Shown here piece by piece: positions 1-10,347 of a stretch of 64,000 nt of DNA. Origin of the DNA: Candidatus Bathyarchaeota archaeon (GTDB lineage: Archaea > Thermoproteota > Bathyarchaeia > Bathyarchaeales > Bathycorpusculaceae); the NCBI GenBank assembly GCA_963707955.1, contig OY970176.1, forward strand, positions 320,001 to 384,000. Reading direction: 5' to 3'. The notes beneath the pieces are model-generated. The model was not told the origin of the DNA. It saw only the letters and a list, made by a program, of their open reading frames with translations, and did not search any database. The position numbers and the translations under genes were made by a program. Each line of letters begins with the position of its first letter. Position 1 is the stretch's first letter.

Positions 1-30
1 CATGCAAATCAACGGCCATGCAGAGAACAC

Positions 31-168
31 CTAAGCGCGCGCTAGCTCCTCTTGAATCAATGAATCTACAACGCCGGAAGCGGTTTTCTGTTCCAGGTCC
101 CGGCGCTTTCTCTTGACCGCTAAAATCTTGTCCAGGTCAATCGCAACAATGGCCGTTTTGCTTGACAT
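31..168 (-). CDS. Small basic protein, possibly ribbon-helix-helix-like (45 aa; not in ORF track)
   Basis: Hand translation MSSKTAIVAIDLDKILAVKRKRRDLEQKTASGVVDSLIQEELARA*. The ATG lies 1 nt after the stop of the upstream small ORF, suggesting coupling. Confidence 0.5.
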   Translation of the reverse strand: MSSKTAIVAIDLDKILAVKRKRRDLEQKTASGVVDSLIQEELARA

Positions 169-169
169 G

Positions 170-316
170 TTAGACCTCTTTCAAGAATTGCTGAATTGCT
201 GTTCGAATGGCCTCTGAAAGTGACTTGAACTTTCCTTCTTTGATTAGCTGTTCAATCCTTGTGCGTTGGTCCGGCTCTAGCCTAGTCGTTATGCGTAGGT
301 TCTTCATTTTTAACAT
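170..316 (-). CDS. Ribbon-helix-helix (CopG/Arc/MetJ-type) DNA-binding protein, 48 aa (not in ORF track)
   Basis: MLKMKNLRITTRLEPDQRTRIEQLIKEGKFKSLSEAIRTAIQQFLKEV*: alternating beta strand, helix, then the GxFxSxSEAIRxAI RHH signature. Confidence 0.8.
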   Translation of the reverse strand: MLKMKNLRITTRLEPDQRTRIEQLIKEGKFKSLSEAIRTAIQQFLKEV

Positions 317-321
317 CAACT

Positions 322-349
322 TGTCCGAAGGCATTAAATGTCCGAAGGC
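322..349. promoter_or_regulatory. Perfect 11-bp direct repeat TGTCCGAAGGC x2 between divergent RHH genes; putative operator
   Basis: Copies at 322-332 and 339-349, separated by ATTAAA, inside the 71-bp divergent intergenic gap. Confidence 0.55.
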
Positions 350-387
350 TCAAAAAGATTTCATACACACGAAACTAAGGCGATAAC

Positions 388-744
388 TTGAGCTGGATGA
401 GTAATAGGACCGGAAGGCCAAAAAAAGAGCATGGACATAAAAGACGCAACCTCAGCCTCAACGAATTTACGAATTATGCGCTAGACATCATAAAACCATA
501 CAGCAACATGTCAAAGTTTGTGGAAGAAGAACTGAGGCCAGGCTTAATTAGTGCCATCCACAAGGTCAAGGCCGATATTATGAAGGACCTCTCGAAAGAT
601 AAGAGCCTAGTCGGGCGAATGTTATACAGAATCTTTGAGGCTGTCTTTGACGTCTTTCCTCTCGAACCATGCACTTCGAACTTTTCTAGCCTAAATCTAA
701 CGCCTTTTGTCGAAATAGGCATTTCTTCAACATACACGCTTTAA
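388..744 (+). CDS. Hypothetical DNA-binding protein (GRPK motif plus RHH-like N-terminus)
   Basis: TGRPKK...KRRNLSL...NMSKFVEE pattern resembles RHH proteins of archaeal plasmids/viruses. Confidence 0.5.
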   Translation: MSWMSNRTGRPKKEHGHKRRNLSLNEFTNYALDIIKPYSNMSKFVEEELRPGLISAIHKVKADIMKDLSKDKSLVGRMLYRIFEAVFDVFPLEPCTSNFSSLNLTPFVEIGISSTYTL

Positions 745-1276
745 AAAAGCGAAGACGCTGCGTTCGAGGCGCAAATAACCAAAGAAGCCTATTCCTTACG
801 TTAAGCATGTTGGAACTCTAAGCAAAAGCCTCAGTTTAAGGCGGTTTGAAGAAAAGCGGCTAAGTCCATCGATTTTCAACGGTTCTTCTATGAGGCCCCA
901 GCGAAGTCCATGCCTTGCCCTCAAGAGTGAAGGAAACTGGCCAAAATCTCTTTGCTTTCGCTCAAGGGAGCTTGCTTTGGGGTTTTCTGTTTCGTGTCCG
1001 TTGTGAAAAACTGTCAGCTGTTGCTGAAGGGTAGTTTTACGGCTGAACTTCGTACTCTAATCTGGCCTATTTTGCAGGGTTTATGTTGGGAATTCGCCGT
1101 TTTCATGAAAATGGGCCTGTCGGTTTTCGAAACGCTTTCAAAACGTAGCACTGTTCGAAACGCGCATTCTGCATGGTTAGAAGCTCATGTTATCAGTTTC
1201 TTCATATTGCTGATTTTGAAATACCACTTTAATTGCTCATCGCACTGTGTTTTTTGTCAGAGAAAAGATAGCAAAG

Positions 1277-3555
1277 GTGCCAGTCTTGCCGCCAAGCTGT
1301 TTTGGAGATGACGTTGAAACCCTTGAGAGGAACGTCAACGGAAGGAGAGTCAGTGTGAAGTGGGACTGGGGGAGCTTTGGGAGCACTGAAGGCTTTCCTG
1401 TTGATGACAACCTGATAAACTGGGCCATTGGACAAGACCAGGCCCTGAAAGAATGTTTCTTATGCCTAGATGAGTGGGTGCACAAGCTCAAGTGGCTAGA
1501 GAAGAACGAGTGGTACACGAACTGGAGTAGTCCTGACAAGTCTAAAGCCTCTGTCAAGACGCTGATCAGTCCTGGACCCTATCTCATGCTGCTGGGAGAT
1601 CCTGGAACAGGGAAATCGCTGATCGGTAGGGCCCTGTCGGAAAAGTTGACGCAAGTGTACAGCGAAAACGGCATACGATTGGCCGACGCGCTTTGTTGGA
1701 AAAACTCGGTGTTGCCCAGTCAACCCAAGATTTCGATCCACAAGGCTGGTGAAGGAAAGAAGATTGTTCAAAAAGAACAGCTCAAGGACCTTAAGAGGAA
1801 ATTCCTCACGAGGGTGGGGTTCAAGGCTCTGCAGATTTTGATGGTGGCTATGGGCTTGTTCTTGATTTGCCTCGGGTTTTACTTCATCTACCAGGGCTGG
1901 GTTACTTGGCAGTCGAACCCGCCCTATTCGGGCGAGACTCTTCAGCAATTCTACGGCAACAGTTTCCTATCTTATCTCATCGCACAGTTCGTCGGCCTAG
2001 TTCCTCTGACTTTCATCCCAGGTGGAAGCCTTGTGTTCTTCGGAGTTTTCTTGTGGTGGCTTTCCAAGATGGGTGGAATGGCAAACCTCAAGGGTATCGG
2101 AGGCGCCCAACAGTCTGACGCTCCGAAGCTGATCGTCGACAACAGTTCCGGCTATGCGCCTTTTATTGACGCGACGGGACATAGGACTGCCCAGCTTTTC
2201 GGTTCAATAGCTTGGGATCCGTATCAAACTGGCGGCTTGGGCACTCCTGAGCATCAGAGGGTTAGTGCTGGAGACGTGCACGTGGCGTCTTTGGGCATCC
2301 TTTACATAGACGAGATAAAGAACCTTGACGCTGAGGAAACCGTAACGCTGCTGACAGTGCTGGAAGACGGACAGCTGCCGATAACTTTGCGAGGCAGATT
2401 CAACGGCGGAGACACGGCGGCAATGGCAGTTTCAACGGAACCCGTTCCTTCGATAACGTTTCTTGTCGGCGCTGGGAACTTTGACAGCATAGGACAGATT
2501 CATCCTGCTCTCATGGACAGAATATACGGATACGGCAAAGTCGTGCGCATGAACAACGACATGCCGAACACCATCGAAAACAGGCGCAAGTACGTTCAGT
2601 TTATAACACAGGAGGTCAAACGCTTCAACCTCATCCCGTTCACCAGAGACGCATGCGAAGAAATAGTTGAGGAAGGCAGACGAAGAAGCGACAAAAAGTA
2701 TGCGTTAACAACAAAGTTCAGACCGCTGATCTCGATCATTAAGACCGCTTCGACGCTGGCGATGAATGAGAATGCCGCGATCGTGGAAAGAAGACACGTG
2801 ATTGAAGCCGTTGAACAGCATTGTAAGACCATCCAGAGGCAGATACTCGAGCACAGCATTCAAGAGAGGGGAAACTCCTGGAGATCGAACCAAAGGGAGC
2901 CAAGCTGGGACAAATACACGGCCTAGCCGTTGTCCAAGACTCCTACAGCGGTGAAATGACGGGCAGCGTGTTGAACGTGAAGGCTCAAATGGTCAAGAGA
3001 AGCGCGCTTGCAAGAGACTACTCCTTCAAAGGATACTACAAAGTGACGGGGGCCGCCAAAGGTCAGAGCTTCATTTCAGACAGCATAGCCAAAGTTAGAA
3101 GCGTGATTCTGCAGAAGTACGGCGTGGACATCGCGCAGGACTATCTCACCCACATCGACTTTGCGCAGTCTTACGGCATAGATGGACCATCAGCGGGCGT
3201 TACGATGGCGATTCTGCTGTGCTCACTTATCGAGGGAAAACCGATAAGACAGGACGTCGCAGTCACAGGAGAAATCAACCTTGGCGTTGGAGAATCCATT
3301 CAGGTAACGGCCGTCGGAGGCGTCTACGAGAAGATCAAGTCCGCAGAAGCATGGGGGTTCAAGAAAGTTGTCATTCCGCAAAAAAACTATGAGAATTCCA
3401 TAGACATCAGGGACTACAAGATTGAAGTCGCTCCTGCGGCAACCTTGGACGATTATTTGAAGGCGTGTCTCGTTGAGACGCCTGTGCTCAAGGTTCCAGT
3501 CCAGGCTTGGAGGCGCAACGTGCGGGCTAACGCTACGAGAAGCGCCAGAATGTAG
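1277..3555 (+). CDS. lonB: Archaeal Lon protease (LonB type, membrane-inserted AAA+ plus Ser-Lys protease), split by a frameshift at about 2870
   Basis: IGQDQA, Walker A GDPGTGKS, two TM segments, GSIAWDPYQTGGLGTPEHQRV, Walker B LYIDEI. Second ORF has DGPSAG and GGVYEK (catalytic dyad). The -1 frame from 2870 reads KLLEIEPKGAKLGQIHGLAVV and joins ORFs 1247..2926 and 2956..3555. Confidence 0.92.
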
Positions 3556-3738
3556 CACCCGGACTGATTCTTCAGCCACCTCTTACCACTCCTCGGGAAT
3601 TCTTTTAGTTTTCTTGGCTAGACTCTTCCGATTCCTCAAATCGCCACGTTCACGGCACGCGTAGCCACAGGCTCAATACTTTTTTATCTCTAGCTTTACC
3701 AACATTACTCTGTAGTCGCTTGCTAGAAGAGCCTTCTG

Positions 3739-4170
3739 ATGATCAGGGAAGTCGACAAAGACGCGATTCGCAGATGGCGTAAAAGAGGTTTTTACAGCGA
3801 AAACGCTCTGGTGAAGCTTCTTCAGAAGAACGGCTACTATTCTGTGCGGGTTCCAGTGAGCAACCCGAGCCTCAACCCCTTGCCAGACGTTATGGCCAGA
3901 AGAGGCTTGGACATGTACGCTTTTGAGGTCAAGAACGCAGGATACTATGCCTACTTCCCTAAACAGCAGGTCGAAAAACTCTTTAGGTTTCTCAACGAGC
4001 TCATCCCCGCGGATAATGAGCATAAACATGCCGTGCTCGCTGCTCATCTCGGCAAGAAATGGATCTTTAAGGAAATATGCTGGAGAGACTACGAGAAGGG
4101 AAAACTTCAAGAGAAGGTAAGGATTCTGAAGCGCGACAGAGGAAACATCAACCTGACAAGAGGAGGATGA
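3739..4170 (+). CDS. Hjc-like PD-(D/E)xK nuclease (Holliday junction resolvase family)
   Basis: GFYSENALVKLLQKNGY...RVPVS...PDVMA...FEVK motif order typical of Hjc. Confidence 0.75.
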   Translation: MIREVDKDAIRRWRKRGFYSENALVKLLQKNGYYSVRVPVSNPSLNPLPDVMARRGLDMYAFEVKNAGYYAYFPKQQVEKLFRFLNELIPADNEHKHAVLAAHLGKKWIFKEICWRDYEKGKLQEKVRILKRDRGNINLTRGG

Positions 4171-4865
4171 TTAAAATGAAGACTTCCGAAGCAGCGGTCC
4201 AAGCATCTGTCCTTTGCAAAACATACGAGACGACTGATTCAAAAGTCGAAGTCTTAAAAGACGTAGAGTTGAGGGTCGGAGAGGGCGAATTCACGGTTGT
4301 TGGTGGTCCTTCAGGCTCGGGGAAGACAACACTTCTTAACATGATCGGCGGCATCGACAGGCCGACAAGCGGGAAAATCGTCGTCTTTTCGGAGGATCTG
4401 GCGGCAAGAGACGAAGATTTCTTGGCCAATTTCAGATGTACGAAGGTCGGTTTCGTTTTTCAGTCCTACAACCTAGTTTCAACTCTTACCGTAGCCGAAA
4501 ATGTCGCGTTTCCGATGGAGTGGCTGAGGAAACCTGAAGGTCAGATAAAGAAGCTCGTCGACGAGCTCTTAGAAGTTGTGGGCCTCCGGCAGAGGTCAGA
4601 GCACTTTCCATTTCAGCTCAGCGGCGGTGAGCAGCAACGCGTCGCCTTTGCCCGTGCATTAGCTAACAACCCACCGTTGCTTCTGGTTGACGAACCCACT
4701 GGTAACCTGGACAAGAAAACAAGTGCCAAGATCGTGCAAATGTTAGAGACTTTGAAAAATGAGGGAAAAACAATCATCGTTGCCACTCACGACGAAGGGA
4801 TCTCTAAGCTGGCAGATCAAAAGCTTTGGTTAGAAGACGGGAAACTGATGACTCAGAATGAGTGA
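4167..4865 (+). CDS. ABC transporter ATP-binding protein (LolD/MacB type)
   Basis: [43 protein letters not shown] at 4167 follows GGAGG. Confidence 0.93.
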   Translation: MIKMKTSEAAVQASVLCKTYETTDSKVEVLKDVELRVGEGEFTVVGGPSGSGKTTLLNMIGGIDRPTSGKIVVFSEDLAARDEDFLANFRCTKVGFVFQSYNLVSTLTVAENVAFPMEWLRKPEGQIKKLVDELLEVVGLRQRSEHFPFQLSGGEQQRVAFARALANNPPLLLVDEPTGNLDKKTSAKIVQMLETLKNEGKTIIVATHDEGISKLADQKLWLEDGKLMTQNE

Positions 4866-6723
4866 AACATCCTTTCCGGTCAATGACCTGCTTCGAAGGA
4901 AGCTTCAGACAGCCCTCGTCGTTGCCAGCCTGGCGTTGTCTGTCGCTTCAACCCTTTTCCTGCTTCTTTTTGCAGAAAAGATCGGGTTTAGCGTTTCGTT
5001 GATGGTTGAGGGCAAACTGACGGCGGGCTTTTCCGCTGCCTTCTCCCCTTTCATCCTGTTGTTGGTCGTTTTGATTCTCATTGCGGGCGCGGTCATGGTG
5101 TCTTTCATGACTTCTTTGATGATTTCTCGGAGGATAAAGGACATTGGACTCATGAAGGCGGCGGGGTGTCCGAACGACTTGGTCTTCGGCTATTTTCTCA
5201 CAGAGCTCTTAGTCGTCATCTTTTCTGGCTGTTTTTTAGGGACCCTGCTGGGATTATTGGCTGATTTTGCTTCAACAAGTGTTTTCGGTAGCCTCGGTCT
5301 TCAGGCGCCGCAGGTTCCCTTAGACTTGTGGCTAGTTCTTGGCGTATTCGCCTTGTACTTTGTCATCGCATTGGTTGTCGGTGCCAAGCCCGTTTACAGC
5401 GCTTCGAGGGTTGAACCGGCTAAGGCAGTTTCACCAACGTACTACCTTGGACTGGGGAAGGGGTCGAGTTTTAAGGTGCTCTCAAAGTCAAGTCTAGCCT
5501 TCAGAGTTGCACTGAGAAGCCTCATACGTCACAAGTCTGCGACTGTCAAGATCGTGGTCTGCCTGAGCATTGTCTTCACGCTCCTCACCGTCGGCGTTGC
5601 AGGAGGATTGATAGCCGATCAGACCACAGAAAGATGGGTTGAAAAAGCCATAGGTCGAAACACAGTTTTGATCGCGCAGCAAGACATGGGCGAGCAGTAC
5701 GAACTGCTGCTGAAGGAATTTTATGAAGGAAGCACCGCTACACAGTTCAATTACACTGATGAGAGATACGTCATACCTGAGAATCTCCTCGAGAATCTTT
5801 CCTCTTTGTACGGGGATAGCCGTATAGATGCTCGCATCGTTCTTGAAGCGCCCGTGACAGAAGTTGAAGGATATGCCTATAATGGGGAGACCTCGGCGAA
5901 TATCACAACCGTCGGAGATTCTCGGACGGGGCAGTCCCTCGTGGAGGGCGTCGAACCCGGAAGACCGTTGAATGACTGGGTTCTGGATGGCAGTTTCCTG
6001 AACGCGACCTGGGAGGTCGTCGTGGGCGATACTCTCTCCAAGAATTTGTTCTCTGACCCATTGGCCCAGGGGTTGAGAGTGCTTGGCAGGAGTCTAAGCG
6101 TCGTCGGTGTTTGCCTTGATCCCATCAACAACGGAAAGGTTGCTTACGTCTCCTTCCAAGCGCTGCAGAACGCATCAGGCGTGCTCGGACCAAACGTTGT
6201 ACTGCTGAAACCCCCCCCATCGGCTGACCGAACAGCTTTCTTGAATCAATTAAATGCCACTGTCAAGGCAGTGAACCCAGAATTTGCAGTCTTTGACCTT
6301 AACGACGTATTGGACAAGTGCCTCAGCTTCGTGGGCTACATGTGGTCGACGGTGATGATTCTGCCCTTGTTCTCCCTGGTCGCGGCTTCACTCTGTTTAG
6401 TGGGCTACGTGATGCTGGCCGTGGATGAGCAGCGCCAGGAATTCGGTGTTCTAAGGGCTGTAGGAGCAAAGCCTAGCATGGTTCTCAACGTCGTTTCTGG
6501 ACAGAGCCTGTTCGTCCTGCTGTCGAGCTACGGCGTCGGGATAGCCTTCGGCATAATCGCCACTTTGCTGATTTTGGTTCAACAACCGCTCGTCACGGTG
6601 TACACTGTCTTCGAGATCTCGGGGTTGCTGACGGTTGCCTTGGTAGCAACGTTCGTTTCAAGCCTTTACCCTGCCTTAAGATTTGCGAGGAAGCCTTTGC
6701 TGGAGATGATGAGGCAAACATGA
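4858..6723 (+). CDS. ABC transporter permease, FtsX/MacB family (two FtsX domains)
   Basis: RRIKDIGLMKAAG and QRQEFGVLRAVGAK motifs; multiple TM helices; overlaps the ATPase stop. Confidence 0.88.
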   Translation: MSETSFPVNDLLRRKLQTALVVASLALSVASTLFLLLFAEKIGFSVSLMVEGKLTAGFSAAFSPFILLLVVLILIAGAVMVSFMTSLMISRRIKDIGLMKAAGCPNDLVFGYFLTELLVVIFSGCFLGTLLGLLADFASTSVFGSLGLQAPQVPLDLWLVLGVFALYFVIALVVGAKPVYSASRVEPAKAVSPTYYLGLGKGSSFKVLSKSSLAFRVALRSLIRHKSATVKIVVCLSIVFTLLTVGVAGGLIADQTTERWVEKAIGRNTVLIAQQDMGEQYELLLKEFYEGSTATQFNYTDERYVIPENLLENLSSLYGDSRIDARIVLEAPVTEVEGYAYNGETSANITTVGDSRTGQSLVEGVEPGRPLNDWVLDGSFLNATWEVVVGDTLSKNLFSDPLAQGLRVLGRSLSVVGVCLDPINNGKVAYVSFQALQNASGVLGPNVVLLKPPPSADRTAFLNQLNATVKAVNPEFAVFDLNDVLDKCLSFVGYMWSTVMILPLFSLVAASLCLVGYVMLAVDEQRQEFGVLRAVGAKPSMVLNVVSGQSLFVLLSSYGVGIAFGIIATLLILVQQPLVTVYTVFEISGLLTVALVATFVSSLYPALRFARKPLLEMMRQT

Positions 6724-6745
6724 CCGATTCTTGTGAAAAGCCGTC

Positions 6746-7463
6746 TCACTGAAGACTGTTTCTTGAATAATCTTTTAGGCCATTTGCGCTGAGACAAAGT
6801 AACGAGTCCACATACGCTGGCAGTTGATTCAAAAAATCCTGCAGTTGAAGGACTGGGACGACAGGAACTCCTTTGTAGAATTTGAACTTGTCGAAGGTGA
6901 GAGACAAGACAGCAGGCACAAACTTTGCGGTGCCCGAAGAAAGGAACTCGATCTTTACAGCGGGATTTGGCAACGACATAACCAGCGCGCGCGTTCGTTC
7001 TGTCTGCTGCTCAGCAATCCTCTCTGCTGCTGACCTTTGCAGCCCATGGTGCCAGTGTTTGCAGTCCAAACACACGACTGTTGGACTCTTCCAGCCCGAC
7101 GATGTCCATTTCCCATCTGCGACCACCATGTTTAAAGTGCAGATTCCTCACCACAGTGTAACCATTGCTCTCCAACGCAACCGCGGCGATACCTTCAAAC
7201 TCTTTCCACTGAAGAAAACCGCTCACTCTTTCAAGGTCGCCACCTGATTTTAACGCGCGAACAGCCAACCGAAGGCGCTGCACGCTGCTAACCTCCACCA
7301 CACTCTCATGGAGATAAACGAGTCCATCACTTTGCAGTCTTCGAAGCAATTTCCCTACGAGACTTGCTGGGAGCCTGGCCTCCTTATTGATTACTTTTTG
7401 TGAGACAGGCCCGTCTTTTGTCAACTTCAGTATTGAAATTAGCAAGTCGCTTTCAATGTTCAA
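6746..7463 (-). CDS. wHTH plus NERD/restriction-endonuclease-like PD-(D/E)xK protein, frameshifted at about 7090
   Basis: WKEFEGIAAVALESNGY...WEMDIVG continues in another frame as WKSPTVVCLDCKHW; joins ORFs 7011..7463 and 6746..7129. Confidence 0.7.
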
Positions 7464-7640
7464 GTTTGGCCCCCCAATATTTCACATGAGGATGTCTAGG
7501 AATCGGCCAGACAAGCATCAGTTTAAAAGCTTTGCGGCACACAACTACACCGTTGAGCAGATGATGTTCACGTTTGTTCCTGCTTATCCCGTGGATTCTG
7601 CATAATCTTAATACTCGCTTGGTGTTCCACGCCAATTGGT

Positions 7641-8258
7641 TTATGAACGTTTGAGCATGACTTCCGCTTTCTCCAGGTCTAGAGCAGTGTTGACGTTAAA
7701 GAACGTTCTCAGCCGCGGGTCTAACTGCTCGAGCACCAAGGTTGAGACATAACGTACTCTTTGCAGCTTATCTACCATCGCCTGCAGGTTCAACTTGCCC
7801 GAAAGCAATGCGTTTCTGGCGGCTTCCAACGCGGGTCTCGTACAGTACGCTGCCTGGAGGGGTTCTATGTAGCAGTTAGGCCATCGAGGGACAGCTGCGT
7901 TTCTGTTTATGCACAGTTCTAACAGAAGGTGGAGAATGTCCCTTGAAACGAATGGCGTGTCGCATGGGAGGAGGAGCGAATACTTCCCTTTTGCGCGTTC
8001 AAAGCCGGTTGTCGCACCTGCCAGCGGGCCTTGTACTCCAGCGTCGTCAATGAGAACATTGGCATCTTCGCCTAGGACATTTGAATACCTCTCAGCCTGA
8101 ACCTTTGAGCTTACAACCACCAGTCTTTCGTCAACAAGGTCTTTGGTCTTGTCCATAACGTGTTTTACAAGAGGCCTGTTCGACAATTGAACAAGTCCTT
8201 TGTCTCGGCCTAGCCTGCTGGAAAACCCGCCTGCCAGTATGATTGCTGATCTTTCCAA
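7641..8258 (-). CDS. mobA: Molybdenum cofactor guanylyltransferase
   Basis: ILAGGFSSRLGRDKG, GPLAG, PCDTPF, EPLQAAY, FFNVNT. Confidence 0.93.
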   Translation of the reverse strand: MERSAIILAGGFSSRLGRDKGLVQLSNRPLVKHVMDKTKDLVDERLVVVSSKVQAERYSNVLGEDANVLIDDAGVQGPLAGATTGFERAKGKYSLLLPCDTPFVSRDILHLLLELCINRNAAVPRWPNCYIEPLQAAYCTRPALEAARNALLSGKLNLQAMVDKLQRVRYVSTLVLEQLDPRLRTFFNVNTALDLEKAEVMLKRS

Positions 8259-8402
8259 TAATGAGTGGTCTCCGTCACCGGTGTGAGGTTCTTAACGTAT
8301 CCGTTCGGTTGTATAAGTTTTTTGCGTGGAATATTTCTTAACTGGAATACAGCATATAAGCGCACACTTTATTGCTTGTGGGATTATGCAACGGGATGTC
8401 AG

Positions 8403-8522
8403 ATGACCTCAGAAGTGAAGGAACTCAGTCGCATCATCTGCAACAAGTGCGGAGAGAAGGAATATGAAAAGTGCAGGGATTGTAGAATTCACTATTTGTT
8501 GAACAGAATAGCAGCATGCTAG
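8403..8522 (+). CDS. Putative zinc-binding microprotein (39 aa, 2x CxxC)
   Basis: MTSEVKELSRIICNKCGEKEYEKCRDCRIHYLLNRIAAC; TATA-like sequence upstream. Confidence 0.55.
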   Translation: MTSEVKELSRIICNKCGEKEYEKCRDCRIHYLLNRIAAC

Positions 8523-8531
8523 ATACGAAAA

Positions 8532-9305
8532 TTACTTCATGTCCTCTATTCTGTTCGCCATCTCGCCTAGGATTCTGGTGAAGGGATGGTCTGGTTTATC
8601 TTGGGCGAAGATGACCCCTCCCTCAGCCTTCAGGACATCGCAGAAGCACGGAACTATCCCTAGAAGTGGAACCTGATATACTTCCTTAAGCTTGGTCTTC
8701 ACGTCGTCTCTCCCATTTCTCATGGAACCGTCTAGCACTTTGTTCAGGACGATTTCGGTTTTCTTCTCAAACAGGTCGTACAGCTCTCTCAGCATGCGTC
8801 TAGTTCCATCCACGTCTGATCGGTCGAATGTTGTTGCGACGAGGACAAGGTCCGCGCTGACAACCGCGTTTATGGATGAGTATTGCAATCCAGGGCTTGT
8901 GTCGAGTATCAAGTAATCGAAACCTTTGTCGTTTAAGAGTGAAGTTTTTAGAGCAAGGAGTCTTCCTAGTGCCCGCATCTCCCACTTTCTATCTTTTGCA
9001 GACATATCCCTGATCGCTTCAGTGGACGGATTGGCGAAGCCCACGAAGAGTTTGCCGCTGTTGCCAATCCTGTCGCTTAAGTCCATCACTACTTTGTTGA
9101 TCTCGCACACTGCGTTAAGATAATCGTTTAACCAGCACTCTGCTTTGTCAATCTTGAGCAGTGTAGAAAGGCTCGGTGCACGGAAGTCAAGGTCAAGCAA
9201 GCAAACACTCTTTCCGTGCTTGGCAAAAGTTGCAGCCAAGTTGACTGAGAGAAGCGTCTTCCCCGTTCCGCCCTTATAAGAGTGCACAGCTAATATCTTA
9301 CCCAT
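8532..9305 (-). CDS. MinD/ParA family ATPase
   Basis: Deviant Walker A KGGTGKT, LLDLDFRAP, ILDTSPG, VLNKV. Confidence 0.9.
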   Translation of the reverse strand: MGKILAVHSYKGGTGKTLLSVNLAATFAKHGKSVCLLDLDFRAPSLSTLLKIDKAECWLNDYLNAVCEINKVVMDLSDRIGNSGKLFVGFANPSTEAIRDMSAKDRKWEMRALGRLLALKTSLLNDKGFDYLILDTSPGLQYSSINAVVSADLVLVATTFDRSDVDGTRRMLRELYDLFEKKTEIVLNKVLDGSMRNGRDDVKTKLKEVYQVPLLGIVPCFCDVLKAEGGVIFAQDKPDHPFTRILGEMANRIEDMK

Positions 9306-9310
9306 TCAGA

Positions 9311-9706
9311 TCACTCCTTGTTTTCCCTGTCTACGAAGAAGTAGGCCTTTCTTCCATTCCTCTCCTTCTTAAGGTGGCCCATTATCACGAGCTGGTTCAA
9401 ATACGCGCTTTCCACAGCCCTTGCTCTCTTTGTTTGCTCAGCGACCTCGTCTGCTGTAGCCCTGCCCAACCTGCAGATAGTCATAGCAGTTTTTCTCAGG
9501 TGGTCAGGCATCGAAAGCAAAGTCATAACGTCCAAAGGGGCGTCTGACAGTGGCTGTTGAATGTCTTTTCTCTCATGCTTCTGCAGTTCAATCATGACTT
9601 CCACTTTCTCGTTCAGCTTCTCAAGGTTGTCTCTGATCTTTTCCAGAACCTGCAGAGGCTTTTTCGTAAGAACTTCTTCCCTGGACAAAGTGTCTTTCCT
9701 CAACAT
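9311..9706 (-). CDS. Coiled-coil plus winged-helix DNA-binding protein, likely cotranscribed with MinD/ParA
   Basis: N-terminal heptad helix; C-terminal ATADEVAEQTKRARAVESAYLNQLVIMGHLKKERNGRKAYF wHTH; 5-nt gap to the ATPase gene. Confidence 0.8.
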   Translation of the reverse strand: MLRKDTLSREEVLTKKPLQVLEKIRDNLEKLNEKVEVMIELQKHERKDIQQPLSDAPLDVMTLLSMPDHLRKTAMTICRLGRATADEVAEQTKRARAVESAYLNQLVIMGHLKKERNGRKAYFFVDRENKE

Positions 9707-9713
9707 GTCTTAA

Positions 9714-9739
9714 GCGCGTACAGCATGCGCATACAGCAT
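9714..9739. promoter_or_regulatory. Tandem 13-bp repeat GCGC(G/A)TACAGCAT x2 directly upstream of the wHTH-MinD operon
   Basis: gcgcgtacagcat (9714-9726) and gcgcatacagcat (9727-9739). Confidence 0.5.
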
Positions 9740-9963
9740 GATTAAAGACAAGGCAGTTTATTAAGTCTTACGAAACAATGATAATGATTCACAAGACAAT
9801 CCGCGACACATGTCAACGATCCTAACAAGTCTTCCAAAGGTGTGGTTAAAACGACGTTCTCTCCGAGTGGATCGAGATTCCCTGCAGCATCTGACGTCAA
9901 TCAATGGTATCGAGCATTAAGAAAACGAAGACCAAAACTCTGTCAAAAAAGTTGGGAGGTAGC

Positions 9964-10260
9964 CTAGTAGGGCATTGGGACGCGGTTTCTCAGCTCTTCT
10001 TCAAGTATCGGCAGGATCTGCTTCAACTCTCTGAAGTATTTGAGCACTGTTATGCCTCTCTGGGTCACGGCGTAGACGATGCGTCGCTTCCCCACCATGC
10101 GTTCTTCAACGAGGTTCTGCTTGATGAGGAAGTCCAAATATTCTTTCAGAACGCTGCAATTAACGTTAGCCTTGTACATGATGTGAGTCAGCTTCAACGG
10201 GCCTCGATGAGCCAGTACCTTGAGTATGTCTATGTACATCTCAAGTTTGGAACGTCTCAT
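9964..10260 (-). CDS. Winged helix-turn-helix transcriptional regulator (ArnR1-like/HTH_45)
   Basis: MRRSKLEMYIDIL...THIMYKANVN...YLDFL...YAVTQRG. Confidence 0.88.
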   Translation of the reverse strand: MRRSKLEMYIDILKVLAHRGPLKLTHIMYKANVNCSVLKEYLDFLIKQNLVEERMVGKRRIVYAVTQRGITVLKYFRELKQILPILEEELRNRVPMPY

Positions 10261-10347
10261 TGTTCACGCCTCTTTTTTGCCATATTGCAACTCTCCATAT
10301 AAAGCTTTTATGGATTCAAGCTAAGTCTTTTCTGTAAACAGTCTCCG

